Of a stretch of 64,000 nt of DNA, positions 14,182-28,900 are shown one piece after another. The notes under the pieces are model-generated. The model had not been told where the DNA came from. It ran no database searches and worked only from the letters and a program-made list of their open reading frames with translations. The stretch covers positions 30,070,001 through 30,134,000 of the forward strand of contig CAIIXF020000001.1 of the NCBI GenBank assembly GCA_903813345.2. The letters run 5' to 3'. The first letter of the stretch is position 1; every line of letters starts with the position of its first letter. Origin of the DNA: Owenia fusiformis. Taxonomy: Eukaryota. The translations under genes and the position numbers were made by a program.

Positions 14182-15338
14182 AACTAGAAGTCAGCAACTC
14201 CACGGAGTAGCAAATCCCAACGAACGCTATATTCATGAATATGTATAAATGTATGTCACAATGTAATATATACCATATACCGTACACTTGATTTGATATT
14301 GGCATATATTAAAAATCATACATTAGAGATATAGAATAATATATCAGAAGTTCCAATTCAAGCATTTGGGTGACCACTGAGGAGTTTCAAAGGCACAAAT
14401 CATAAAGACAATACAATATTTGAAATCTAAAATAGTATAATGTAACCATAATTCCACTGTGACTTTGAAGAGATCTCTAAGTACAGTCTGTTAAACTGCT
14501 TCAAAGGCAAGCAGTTAAACTTACGAATGACATTTGTATATTTCAGATTATTTAGTGTTCAGTGCAATAAGCCTGTGCCCTCTCGTAATTTGAGGTCTAT
14601 CTACCATGTTATTTTTTGAGAAATTAAATGGCAGAGAAGCATCAAAATATAAGCCAATTCGCATTTAATACAAGATAAACAAATGTCATTTGTGTGCAAT
14701 ATGAATATATTTTTCTATATATTATTGCACAAGTCTTTAGATTTCTTATTTTTCAGGTTCAACTGCTTGCCTTTGAAGCAGTTTAACAGACTGTAATAGT
14801 GAACCCTTGCTCTGTAGTCATTTTGAATTTTCTGAAGCAAGAAAAACAACTCCATAATTGTGATCTATTCTAAAATTCCTTCAATTTGAGTATAATATAG
14901 TCATACTTTGAAGAGATCAGGAAATTATTGCGAAATCCCACATAAAGTGGCCATTTTGAATTTTCTATGCAACCTACTAAAAATTCCCTTTCACTTTAGT
15001 TTAATAATACTATACTTCAGAAAGATCTCTAAATTAACAAAAAATCCTGTTTTCCTGGGGGTCAGGCTGAAAGACTCGGAATGTATATAAAATAGATAGA
15101 TGCTGTGAATATTACTACCAAAATTCCAAACAATAATATTCATTATTTTGGTTTAAAATGAAAAAACTTTAAATTTTTCACCAAATATTCCCGCCATTTC
15201 AAAAGTGGCAGCCATCTTGAAGATATTTTCCACCAATTATAAAGCAAATCCACTAGTATTCAAGTTATCTTCCAGACAGAAAAACAAATGGATGGACGGC
15301 TTCACTATATCCCTACCGAATTTCGTTCGTTGGGATAA
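14182..15338 (-). mobile_element. non-autonomous Helentron-associated (HINE/DINE-1-like) element, copy 1
   Basis: Reverse-complement ends match the 55884-56653 copy: 5' TTATCCCAACGAACGAA.TTCG.TAGGGATATAGTGAAGCC, 3' TTCGTTGGGATTTGCTACTCCG.GGAGTTGC...CTAGTT. Confidence 0.75.
14484..14793. mobile_element. Tc1/mariner-type MITE nested in HINE copy 1
   Basis: ~37-bp TIR CAGTCTGTTAAACTGCTTCAAAGGCAAGCAGTT / AACTGCTTGCCTTTGAAGCAGTTTAACAGACTG, with TA on both sides. Confidence 0.8.
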
Positions 15339-16970
15339 TTACAGGACATTATGTCATAGCATGAACCTCAATCTCATTTTCACCAATAGATAATGGAACT
15401 TCAAACTATTGTTTATCATCTTACTTGTTCAAAGAGCACATCAATAATTAGAGAAATTCTATTAACAATGAACAAAAGGACATCAAGCAATAAATTCATA
15501 CTTCTGAACTATTATGAAGAACTACAAATGGATTCTTTTATTAGAACTATTAGCAGATTAGTTGAATGCTCCAGGGAAGGAGTTAATTTTGGTTAATCTT
15601 AATAAGACTAGACACTTTTTATATGTAACCAAATAGCCTTGGATTTATTGTAAAATATACATTTTTACACAGATATGATACCCATTGAAAATCATTGCAA
15701 TAAGGCATACAATTTGAGACATTTTGTTATGTTATTCATGTTAAATATAAGTAAATACACTAAGAACAATGTACAACATACTCTGATACACTAAATACTA
15801 CTCAGTAAGGAAACATAATGAACTGCCATCTATCAATGAATATATTATTAAAACTGAATACATTTACCTTTCATTGCACATAGTATTGTAGACTTCTGTA
15901 CAATATCTACAGATAAATATAAAGTAATAAAAACAAGAATCAAAGATCATAACTTCTTGGCCCCTTATTTCGACATCTCAATCAAAGAACCATTCCATTA
16001 CCATTCTCTAATTCTTTGGCAAAACATCTACTCTTTTTACATATAACAGTATTAACAGTAAATATATGTGAAAACTTGGGTCTAGGATCCTTTAACAATT
16101 GTACATTGGTATTTAATTGCATTAAGGATTAACCTTTCTATTCCACTGTATCTTATGCTAAAGTTATCTTTCAGATTTGCTTCAAAATTGTGTAGAGTGT
16201 ACCACCAACCCGACATTCTTCACCTTACCAACACAAGGTTGCGGTAAAGTACAGTCTTGAGGCACAAATAGTTCAATTTAAATTAGAAAAAAAATCATGA
16301 AAATTAGAACTCCTCATTTAATACACATAAATAAACCATTATTGAGTAAGAGAAGAATCTCTAGTGTTCTGATTGGCCCATGTGATGTTAATCTAGCCTG
16401 TATTTTAGGATACACAATTTACATGTATTAGTAAAGAAGACCAAACATTGTGCCTGTATGAGAAGTTTTTTCACTCAGCTAGTACCTCTAGAAATACAGA
16501 TTTTCTCTTGTATAATTTTTTTTTTTTTACGTGAATCATTGAATAACTAACCTTCATCTTCGTCGAATATTGTGACAGAGATGCACAGGTATTCACCAAG
16601 ATAGAATAAAATATTTATACAATATTCATTGAATCTACATTAATCTAAGTGTGTTACATTACTTGAAATAATACAGCAATAAAAATATGTTATAGTATAA
16701 TTATGGTAAATAAATTATGTGACTACCAAAATCCTCATTTCCCCACATTTTGATATCATATTTTGTGCGGTACAGCTTGCAATAGTCACTTTCAGAATCA
16801 AGGAAATTATTCATTTCCCATTTCTGGACTGTATAACTAAGGATGTCCCAAAGAATTGAAAATGATAGCCCGCTGTGTACATTAAGAAGGATGCATTTCT
16901 ATATATTGATCCACTAAATAAATAAAAATATCATACATTGATTTATGTATAAAGTTAGTAAAGGCCCAGT

Positions 16971-19900
16971 CTACGGCTTATGGTTGTCCCGTATCTCTGT
17001 GAACATGCGAATGAGATTCTCAAGGCCAAACATGTAACCAAGATCTGGTCCATCATGTAGCTTCTTGTCCCGTAAACCTTGATGTGTAGTGTGTGCAAAG
17101 TCGATCATACGTATATCAACATGTGGCTCTCTATTAGAGTGTGTAGAAGCACCTATATTTAAACTATTGCTACTCCCTGTAGAGGTCCCAGGTGACTCCG
17201 AGTGCTGATCTATCTCTATAGATTCAACACTCAGCATGTCCACATCTTCAGCACTTGCTGGTCTAGAACCTTTACCAGTCTTTGCACTTTCATGTTCACT
17301 GTCATTTGAGACTTTTTCCCTGAATTTCACAATGTCTTTAGCATCGTATATAATAAGCAGGGAACTGGAGTAGAAGCGGAATGTATGCTGTTCCTTTAGA
17401 ATTTCTAGCATTCTCCGGAGCTGACGGATGATTGGTTCAACCAATTCAGAAAGGAAGGTGTTCCCACTGTAGAGAAACTGACGTAGTGTCTCTTTGAATC
17501 CATCAACAGTTAGTTTGCGACCATGGTACTTGTTGCGTCGAAGATAAGTGTCTGAATTGCACTGGTAAATCTAGAAAAAAACAGGAAACAAACTTCAAAG
17601 CAGGAATGTTAAAGGACTATAAAATGAAATATGTACAGAAGGATATAATAGGGGACCTACCAATGTTCTCCTTTTCAGTAATTTTACATGTATACATGTA
17701 TGATTTTAATGAACTTATTACCTGCATGCCACATATGCGCACCCCAATGGCACATGAGGTACTCGCTTCACACTTCAGAATCTGACTGCGCTTTTTCTCT
17801 TCACTGGCGTCATCCCCATGTTGCCTTGTTCCCATCTTCAGGTCCAGTATACATGGATATGTAAACTGCGATACAACATTTTCCAACAAAATGAATTCTG
17901 AACATAAGATAAGGAATGTGTATTACTTTTATAATGAGGGGAATTTATTTGCTTTTTAATTGCAATTTTAATCAAAGAGCACTCAGCACATACGCTACAA
18001 GTTAAATTATCAATTCAAAGCATAGGCATAATGCGGAACACAGCTTTCTTCCAATACAGAACATACAAGATGCAAGAATATACTTTAACTATGGATGAAG
18101 GATTTCAAAAGATTCAAGCTTTTTTCCATAAAAAAATTGTTGAATAGGAGGAGCCAGATCACAGAGTAAATCTCTATTTAGAATTGAAGTAAAGGATACT
18201 ATGTTGACCAGAACCCTGTTTAGCTTTGCGCATCTTGGCTAGTTGTTCCTTGTGGCATTGTAAGCTCCAAGGATTATGTGTTCCATTGGCAATGTCTCTG
18301 CTTCTGGCCTCTACTTCAATACTTCCACTCTGCCTTACACGAACCCTGCAAAAATAGAATACATGTATTATTAACGTATACAAGATTGTATAAACAAATA
18401 AATGTATATTTATATTATAAATTAATTTTAATGTAAGAGATGTATGAAATATCCCCGGGGATCAACATTCGTTCAGTGTAAAATTGCACTCTGGGCGGAA
18501 GTTCGCTGGGGGTCTTGAAAAAATGATTTTTAATTTTGAAGTTTTGTGAGATTTTTATCAATTTATCATCTATAGAACTTTGTAAACATGTCCGAAACAG
18601 AAGAAGGTGCGAGAGCACGATGCTGTAGTATGTGTGGAAATCCCACGAAAGGACATTTAGGGCCTTACGGTCCGAGTTGCACGATTAAAGAAACAAATGA
18701 AAATATGAATTTTCACACAAAGGAAGAAGTGGAACATACACAAGTGACACAACCCCCATGGATGAATGCTATTCTCGAAATGGGTAAACAAATTGCCGAA
18801 TTAACAGTAGTAACATCAAAGATACAAAAAGACCAAGACGAAATGCGAACTTTTATGTTACAAAACATTTCGAAACCTGTTCAAACCTTGCCATTGTTAC
18901 CTGAACAACCTCCACTGCCATCAAATGTGCACACAGGAGACATTAATTTACAAGTGTCACATGAAGGGTGCAAAGTTGGAGTACCACCTAAGATCTCAAA
19001 ATCGATAGTCAATGGTGAGTACGTCAATATGACGGAATTGTTACCAACAAATCTATATAATCAGTATATCGATGTACAAGGAAATGAACAAATAATATGT
19101 AGTGACAATGGTGAATTAAAGTTGGCCAAAAAACATAAACAAACACATATACAGTCTTTTATGACATGGATGACAGCATGGAATATTTATGAGCTAATAG
19201 TAATGGAGAAACACCCTGGAGTATATAATGAGCTTCGTGACTACAGATCTCATATACAAGATTCCCTTAGGAAAAAACCCATGTTTTTACATGCGTGGCG
19301 AAAGAGGGCACATGTTCTTACTTTACTTCACTTTAGTTCGCTTCATTTTGCCCCATGTGTGGCGTGGCATGTTGTTGTAAAAACAAGAGATGGCACTCTT
19401 GATTTTACTCCACTTTTACACAGGGCAAACTGTGGCAGAGCATGAACAATGTGGCAAAATCATGTAACTCTTGTCTTGCTTTTACATGAATCCGCCATGT
19501 TTTTCCCACTGTGTTCAAGTATGGGGAATCGTGGTTACAAGAATTAACATGAAATGTAGTACATTTTAGAGAAAATAGAGGGACTTACTTATGCTCCTTA
19601 ATTCACCTGGTTAGATTTTTGTTTTCATTCTCTTTTTATTATTTTACATTTCTGACAGTTTTTTAGCATTAAGGAGCCCTAACCAAATAAACTATGAAAA
19701 GGCAGATTTTCTTTTGGAAACCAACTTCTCGAGTTAATCATATTTTCATATTCTATAACTGCATCCATGAACCTGTAGTTAAAGCTGTATATAGTAGAAA
19801 ATTGAACCTGTAGTTGAAAGTTTTACAAGTAATTGAACCTATAGTTGAACCTGTAGTTGAGAGTTTTACATGTAATTAATTTGAACCTATAGTTGAACCC

Positions 19901-22900
19901 GTAGTTGAAAGTTTAAAATGTAATTGAATAGAACCTATAGTTGAACCCGTAGTTGAGAGTTTAACATGTAATTGAATTGAAACTATAGTTAAACCCGTAG
20001 TTGAGAGTTTAACATGTTATTCAATGAACCTATAGTTGAACCCGTAATTGAGATTTTTACATGTAATTGAATAGAACCTATGGTTGAATCCGTAGTTGAG
20101 AGTTTAACATGTAATTGAATTAAAACTATAGTTAAACCCATAATTGAGAGTTTAACATGTTATTCAATGAACCTATAATTGAACCTATAGTTTGTCAATT
20201 TAGTTGAAAATAGAACCTATAGTTGAACCTGTAGTTGAGAGTTTTACATGTTATTCAATGAACCTATAATTGAACCTATAGTTTGTCAGTTTAGTTGAAA
20301 ATAGAACCTATAGTTGAACCCATAGTTTAGAGTTTTACATTTAACTGAATAGAACCTATAGTTGAACCCGTAGTTGAGAGTTTTACATGTTATTCAATGA
20401 ACCAATAGTTGAACCCGTAGTTGAGATTTTTACATGTAATTGAATAGAACCTATAGTTGAACCCGTAGTTGAGAGTTTTACATGTTATTCAATGAACCTA
20501 TAATTGAACCTATAGTTTGTCAGTTTAGTTGAAAATAGAATTGAATAGTTGAACCCGTAGTTTAGAGTTTTACATTTAACTGAATAGAACCTATAGTTGA
20601 ACCCGTAGTTGAGAGTTTTACATGTTATTCAATGAACCAATAGTTGAACCCGTAGTTGAGATTTTTACATGTAATTGAATAGAACCTATAGTTGAACCCG
20701 TAGTTGAGATTTTTACATGTAATTGAATAGAACCTATAGTTGAATCCGTAGTTGAGAGTTTAACATGTAATTGAATTGAAACTATAGTTAAACCTGTAGT
20801 TGAGAGTTTTACATGTTATTCAATGAACCTATAATTGAACCTATAGTTTGTCAGTTTAGTTGAAAATAGAACCTATAGTTGAACCTGTAGTTGAGAGTTT
20901 TACATGTTATTCAATGAACCTATAATTGAACCTATAGTTTGTCAGTTTAGTTGAAAATAGAACCTATAGTTGAACCCATAGTTTAGAGTTTTACATTTAA
21001 CTGAATAGAACCTATAGTTAAACCCGTAGTTGAGATTTTTACATGTAATTGAATAGAACCTATAGTTGAACCCGTAGTTGAGAGTTTTACATGTTATTCA
21101 ATGAACCTATAATTGAACCTATAGTTTGTCAGTTTAGTTGAAAATAGAATTGAATAGTTGAACCCGTAGTTTAGAGTTTTACATTTAACTGAATAGAACC
21201 TATAGTTGAACCCGTAGTTGAGAGTTTTACATGTTATTCAATGAACCAATAGTTGAACCCGTAGTTGAGATTTTTACATGTAATTGAATAGAACCTATAG
21301 TTGAACCCGTAGTTGAGATTTTTACATGTAATTGAATAGAACCTATAGTTGAATCCGTAGTTGAGAGTTTAACATGTAATTGAATTGAAACTATAGTTAA
21401 ACCTGTAGTTGAGAGTTTTACATGTTATTCAATGAACCTATAATTGAACCTATAGTTTGTCAGTTTAGTTGAAAATAGAACCTATAGTTGAACCCGTAGT
21501 TGAGAGTTTTACATGTTATTCAATGAACCTAAAGTTGAACCCGTAGTTGAGATTTTTACATGTTATTCAATGAATGTATATTTGAACCTATAGTTTGTCA
21601 GTTTAGTTGAAAATAGATCCTATATTTGAACCCGTAGTTTAGAGTTTTACATTTAATTGAATAGAACCTATTGTTGAACCCGTAGTTGATAGTTTTACAT
21701 GTTATTCAATGAACCTATAATTGAACCTATAGTTTGTCAGTTTAGTTGAAAATAGAACCTATAGTTGAACTCGTAGTTTAGAGTTTTACATTTAACTGAA
21801 TAGAACCTATAGTTGAACCTGTAGTTGAGAGTTTTACATGTTATTCAATGAACCTATAGTTGAACCCGTAGTTGAGATTTTTACATGTAATTGAATAGAA
21901 CCTATAGTTGAATCCGTAGTTGAGAGTTTAACATGTAATTGAATTGAAACTATAGTTAAACCTGTAGTTGAGAGTTTTACATGCTATTCAATGATACTAT
22001 AATTGAACCTATAGTTTGTCAGTTTAGTTGAAAATAGAACCTATAGTTGAACCCGTAGTTGAGAGTTTTACATGTTATTCAATGAACCTATAGTTGAACC
22101 CGTAGTTGAGATTTTTACATGTAATTGAATAGAACCTATAGTTGAATCCGTAGTTGAGAGTTTAACATGTAATTGAATTGAAACTATAGTTAAACCTGTA
22201 GTTCAGAGTTTTACATGTTATTTAATGAACCTATAATTGAACCTATAGTTTGTCAGTTTAGTTGAAAATAGAACCTATAGTTGAACCCGTAGTTGAGAGT
22301 TTTACATGTTATTCAATTAACCTATAGTTGAACCCGTAGTTGAAATTTTTACATATAATTGAATAGAACCTATAGTCAAACCCGTAGTTGAGAGTTTAAC
22401 ATGTAATTGAATTGAAACTATAGTTAAACCCACAGTTGAGAGTTTTACATGTTATTCAATGAACCTTTAATTGAACCTATAGTTTGTCAGTTTAGTTGAA
22501 AATAGATCCTATATTTGAACCCGTAGTTTAGAGTTTTGCATTTAATTGAATAGAACCTATAGTTGAACCCGTAGTTGAGAGTTTTACATGTTATTTAATG
22601 AACCTATAATTGAACCTATAGTTTGTCAGTTTAGTTGAAAATAGAACCTATAGTTGAACCCGTAGTTTAGAGTTTTACATTTTACTGAATAGAACCTATA
22701 GTTGAACCCGTAGTTTAGAGTTTTACATATAATTGAATTGAACCTATAGTTGAACCCGTAGTTGAGAGTTTTACATGTAATTGAATTGAACCTATAGTTG
22801 AACCCGTAGTTTGAAGCTAAATTGTTATTTAATTGAACCTGTAGTTTGCCAGTTAAGTTGAAAATAGAATCCCCAGTTGAACCCGTAGTTGAGAGTTTTA

Positions 22901-25900
22901 CATATAATTGAATTGAACCTATAGTTGAACCCGTAGTTGAGAGTTTTACATGTAATTGAATTGAACCTATAGTTGAACCTGTAGTTGAGGGTTTATATGT
23001 AATCAAATTGAACCTATAGTTGAACCCGTAGTTGAGGGTTTTACATGTTATCGGATTGAACCTATAGTTAAACCCGTAGTTGAGAGTTTTACATGTTATT
23101 CAATGAACCTATAATTGAACCTAAAGTTTGTCAGTTTAGTTGAAAATAGAACCTATAGTTGAACCCGTAGTTTAGAGTTTTACATTTAACTGAATAGTTC
23201 AACTGTAGTTGAGAGTTTAACACGTAATTGAATTGAAACTATATTTAAACCCGTAGTTGAGAGTTTTACATGTTATTCAATGAACCTATAATTGAACCTA
23301 TAGTTTGTCTACATTTGCAGGTTAACATGTTAATATGCCAAAATTTAAACAAAATATCCTACTGAGTTTGTTTACTTGTTTACTTCTCTTAATTGGTATT
23401 TGTTTATTTAACCGCCACACTTTGCCACGAAATGCCTGAACTTTTTCAGTTTTTGCTTAACTTTGCTCCATTTAGCCACAAGTTTCTTATATATTCTTCC
23501 CAATGTCCACATTTCACATGAAATATTGAGGACTAACTATGTATAATCAGAAAAATATGTTGCAAGTGGTTTTTCTCCAAATTAATAATTTCACATAAAT
23601 CACATAATTGAATCTGTGCCTGTTAAATATTAAAATAATATATTAATAATATTTGAATTTTACAATTACAAATAAAATTATTTTTTTCATTTATTTGAAC
23701 CTATAGTCAAACCCGTAGTTTGAAGCTTAACCCTTTTTGAGAAAAAGTATCATCTTCAATCATCAAATTTTCATATGTTAATTCAATTAAATAAATTGTG
23801 TCATACTCCTTTCTTTGGTGAGTTTTCTGAGAGCCATTATCTATTTTTAATTTAATCCTAACTTTAATCCTATTAATTAATCCATATTGAGTATTAGTAA
23901 TTAGTTAATAAATGAGGGTGGGGGTAGCATTGTTCTAAAACTATGACAATTCACTTTAATAAGAAGAGTTTTACATGTAATTGAATTGAACCTATAGTTG
24001 AACCCGTAGTTGAGGGTTTTACATGCAAGCGAATTGAACCTATAGTTAAGCGAATGACATTGTTCAACTGAACCTTGATGCTTTAGTCAATCGTTGGACA
24101 TTTAAACTGAGTCATTACATTTTTCTTTTAATTGTTCAATTATTTCAATTTTTGATCAATAATTCTACTGTAACAAGAAAAAATGTTTTAATAATTTCTT
24201 AAAATAGCAATTTATTATTTTCTAATCTGATCAAATTCACACTGCAGGTTAACATGTTAATATGCCAAAATTTAAACAAAATATCCTACTGAGTTTGTTT
24301 ACTTGTTTACTTTTCTTAATTGGCATTTGTTTATTTAGCCGCCACACTTTGCCATGAAATGCATGAACTTTTTCAGTTTTTGCTTTACTTTGCTCCATTT
24401 ACCCACACGTTTCTTATATACTCTTCTCAATGTCCACATTTTACATGAAATATAAGGAATAACTCTATGTAATGCCTTGGTCACATAGGCTCCGATTTTC
24501 ACTACGGCGCCCGGCCGATTGAGTATTTTGTTCAAAATTGAATACAATATTGAACGAAACACTCAATCGGCCGGGCGCCGGCCGATGGATCGGAGCATAT
24601 GTGACCCAGGCATTAATCAGTGAAAATATGTTGCAAGTGTTTTTTTTACCAAATTAATAATTACAGATAAATCACATAATTGAATCTGTTTCTGTTACAC
24701 TTAATTATTTCATTACTTGTAATACTATACAGAATTAAAAAGTATCATTTCACAATGATGCACCTCTTAACATTAATCTTGAGTTAAATTTGAACCCATA
24801 GTTGAGAGTTTTACATGTAACGGAATACAGTTTAACCCATATTAACCCATGTTCAATTGAACATATAGTTGAACCCGTAGTTGAGAGAGTTTTACATGTA
24901 ATTGAATTGAACCTATAGTTAAACCTGTAGTTAATGGTTCTACATATTATTCAATTGAACCTATAGTTGAACCCGTAGTTTGAAGCTAAATCGTTATTTA
25001 ATTGAACCTGTAGTTTGCTAGTTTAGTTGAAAATAGAATCCCCAGTTGAACCCGTAGTTGAGAGTTTTAAATATAATTGAATTGAACCTATAGTTGAACC
25101 CGTAGTTGAGAGTTTTACATATAAATGAATTGAACCTATAGTTGAACCCGTAGTTGAGAGTTTTACATGTAATTGAATTGAACCTATAGTTGAACCCGTA
25201 GTTGAGGGTTTATATGTAATCGAATTGAACCTATAGTTGAACCCGTAGTTGAGGGTTTTACATGTACATGTAATCGGATTGAACCTATAGTTGAACCCAT
25301 GGTTGAGGGTTTTACATGTAATTGAATGGAACATATAGTTGAACCTGTAGTTGAGAGTTAAACATATAATTGAATTGAACCTATAGTTAAACCCACATTT
25401 GAGGCCTTTACATGTATTTTGACAATTTAGTTGAAAATTGAACCTATAGTTTAAACCGTAGTTGAGAATTTTACATATAATACAATTAAACCTATAGCTG
25501 AACCTGTACTTTGTCATTAAGTTGAAAATTTAATCTATAGTTGAACTCGTAGTTTATGGTTCTCCATATTACTCAATTGAATCTATAGTTGAACCCGTAG
25601 TTTGAAGCTAACTTTTTCTTTAATTGAACCTGTAGTTTGCCAGTTTAGTTGAAAATAGAACCTATAGTTGAACCCTTAGTTGAGGGTTTTACATGTAATC
25701 GAATTGAACCTATAGTTTAACCCGTAGTTGAGAGTTTTACATATAATCGAATTAAACCTATAGTTGAACCTGTACTTTGTCATTAAGTTGAAAATTTAAT
25801 CTATAGTTGAACTCGTAGTTTGAAGGTAACTTGTTATTTAATTGAACCTGTAGATTGTCAGTTTAGTTGAAATTTGAACCCGTTACTTGAGGGCTTTTAC

Positions 25901-28900
25901 ATGTTATTTAATTGAACCTATAGTTGAACCCGTAGTATGAAATTTTCTAAAATTACCCTATATTGAACCCATGGCTAAGAGTTTAATATATTATTCAGTT
26001 CATCCTTTGGTTTAAAGTTTCACATGTTATTAAATTGAACCTATAGTTGAACCCGTAGTTGAGAGTTTTACATGTAATTGAATTGAAACTATAGTTGAAC
26101 CTGTAGTTGAGAGATTTACATGTTATTCAATGAACCTATAGTTGGATAATATGTAGAACCATTAACTACGGGTTTAACTATAGGTTCAATTCTATTACAT
26201 GTTAAACTCTCTCAACTACGGGTTCAACTATAGGTTCAATTGAACATGGGTTAATATGGGTTCAACTGTATTCCATTACATGTAAAACTCTCAACTACAG
26301 ATTCAAATTTAACTCAAGATTAATGTTTAGGGATGCATCATTGTGAAATGATATTTTTTAATTCTGTATAGTATTACAAGTAATGAAATAATTTAGTGAA
26401 ACAGATTCAATTATGTGATTTATCTGTAATTATTAATTTGGAGAAAAAACACTTGCAACATATTTTCTCTGATTTACATAGAGTTATTCCTTATATTTCA
26501 TGTAAAATGTGGACATTGAGAAGAATATATAAGAAACTTGTGGGTAAATGGAGCAAAGTAAAGCAAAAACTGAAAAAGTTCATGCATATCATGGCAAAGT
26601 GTGGCGGCTAAATAAACAAATGCCAATTAAGAAAAGTAAACAAACTCAGTAGGATATTTTGTTTAAATTTTTGCATATTAACATGTTAACCTGCAGACGT
26701 GAATTTGATCAGATTATAAAATAATAAATTGCTATTTTAAGAAATTAATAAAAACATTTTTCTTGTTCCAGTAGAATTATTGATCAAAAATTGAAATAAT
26801 TGAACAATTAAAGAAAAATGTAATGACTCAGTTTAAATGTTCAAAGATTGACTGAAAGCATCAAGGTTCAGTTGAATAATGTCATTCACTTAAAACTACA
26901 GTTAATACGTAAAACCCTCAACAACCGCTTCAACTATAGGTTCAATTTGATTACATGTAAAACTCTCAACTATGGGTTAACCTATGGGTTCAATTTGATT
27001 ACATGTATATCTCTCTCAAATACGGGTTCAACTATGGGTTCAAATTTCAACTAAACTGACAATCTACAGGTTCAATTAAATAACAAGTTAGCTTCAAACT
27101 ACGAGTTCAACTATAGATTAAATTTTCAACTTAATGACAAAGTACAGGTTCAACTATAGGTTTAATTCGATTATATGTAAAACTCTCAACTACGGGTTAA
27201 ACTATAGGTTCAATTCGATTACATGTAAAACCCTCAACTACGGGTTCAACTATAGGTTCAATTCGATTACATGTAAAACCCTCAACTACGGGTTCAACTA
27301 TAGGTTCAATTCAATTACATGTAAAACTCTCAACTACGGGTTCAACTATAGGTTGAATTCAATTATATGTAAAACTCTCAACTAAGGTTTCAACTATAGG
27401 TTCTATTTTCAACTAAACTGGCAAACTACAGGTTCAATTAAATAAAAAGTTAGCTTCAAACTAAGGGTTCAACTATAGATTCAATTGAGTAATATGGAGA
27501 ACCATAAACTACGAGTTCAACTATAGATTAAATTTTCAACTTAATGACAAAGTACAGGTTCAGCTATAGGTTTAATTGTATTATATGTAAAACTCTTAAC
27601 TACGGTTTAAACTATAGGTTCAATTTTCAACTAAATTGTCAAAATACATGTAAAGGCCTCAAATGTGGGTTTAACTATAGGTTCAATTCAATTATATGTT
27701 TAACTCACAACTACAGATTCAACTATATGTTCCATTCAATTACATGTAAAACCCTCAACCATGGGTTCAACTATAGGTTCAATCCGATTACATGTAAAAC
27801 CCTCAACTACGGGTTCAACTATAGGTTCAATTCGATTACATATAAACCCTCAACTACGGGTTCAACTATAGGTTCAATTCAATTACATGTAAAACTCTCA
27901 ACTACGGGTTCAACTATAGGTTCAATTCAATTATATGTTAAACTCTCAACTACGGGTTCAACTGGGGATTCTATTTTCAACTAAACTGGCAAACTACAGG
28001 TTCAATTAAATAACAATTTAGCTTCAAACTACGGGTTCAACTATAGGTTCAATTCAATTATATGTAAAACTCTGAACTACGGGTTCAACTATAGGTTCAA
28101 TTCAATTATATGTAAAACTCTCAACTACGGGTTCAACTGGGGATTCTATTTTCAACTAAACTAGCAAACTACAGGTTCAATTAAATAACGATTTAGCTTC
28201 AAACTACGCGTTCAACTATAGGTTCAATTGAATAATATGTAGAACCATTAACTACGGGTTTAACTATAGGTTCAATTCAATTACATGTAAAACTCTCTCA
28301 ACTACGGGTTCAACTATAGGTTCATTTGAACATGGGTTAATATGGGTTCAACTGTATTCCGTTACATGTAAAACTCTCAACTACGGGTTCAAATTTAACT
28401 CAAGATTAATGTTAAGGGGTGCATCATTGTGAAATGATATTTTTTAATTCTGTATAGTATTACAAGTAATGAAATAATTTAGTGTAACAGAAACAGATTC
28501 AATTATGTGATTTATCTGTAATTATTAATTTGGAGAAAAAACACTTGCAACATATTTTCACTGATTTACATAGAGTTATTCCTTATATTTCATGTAAAAT
28601 GTGGACATTGAGAAGAGTATATAAGAAACTTGTGGGTAAATGGAGCAAAGTAAAGCAAAAACTGAAAAAGTTCATGCATTTCATGGCAAAGTGTGGCGGC
28701 TAAATAAACAAATGCCAATTAAGAAAAGTAAACAAACTCAGTAGGATATTTTGTTTAAATTTTGGCATATTAACATGTTAACCTGCAGTGTGAATTTGAT
28801 CAGATTAGAAAATAATAAATTGCTATTTTAAGAAATTAATTAAACATTTTTTCTTGTTACAGTAGAATTATTGATCAAAAATTGAAATAATTGAACAATT

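Noticed and set aside
19264-19445. C-terminal 60 aa of the 285-aa ORF 18588-19445
   Set aside because: Read-through into the foldback TIR, not true gag.
22626-27984. ORFs with [16 protein letters not shown] / [12 protein letters not shown] repeats
   Set aside because: Translations of the 48-bp array. Frames shift freely with 47-bp variants, so there is no sign of coding constraint.
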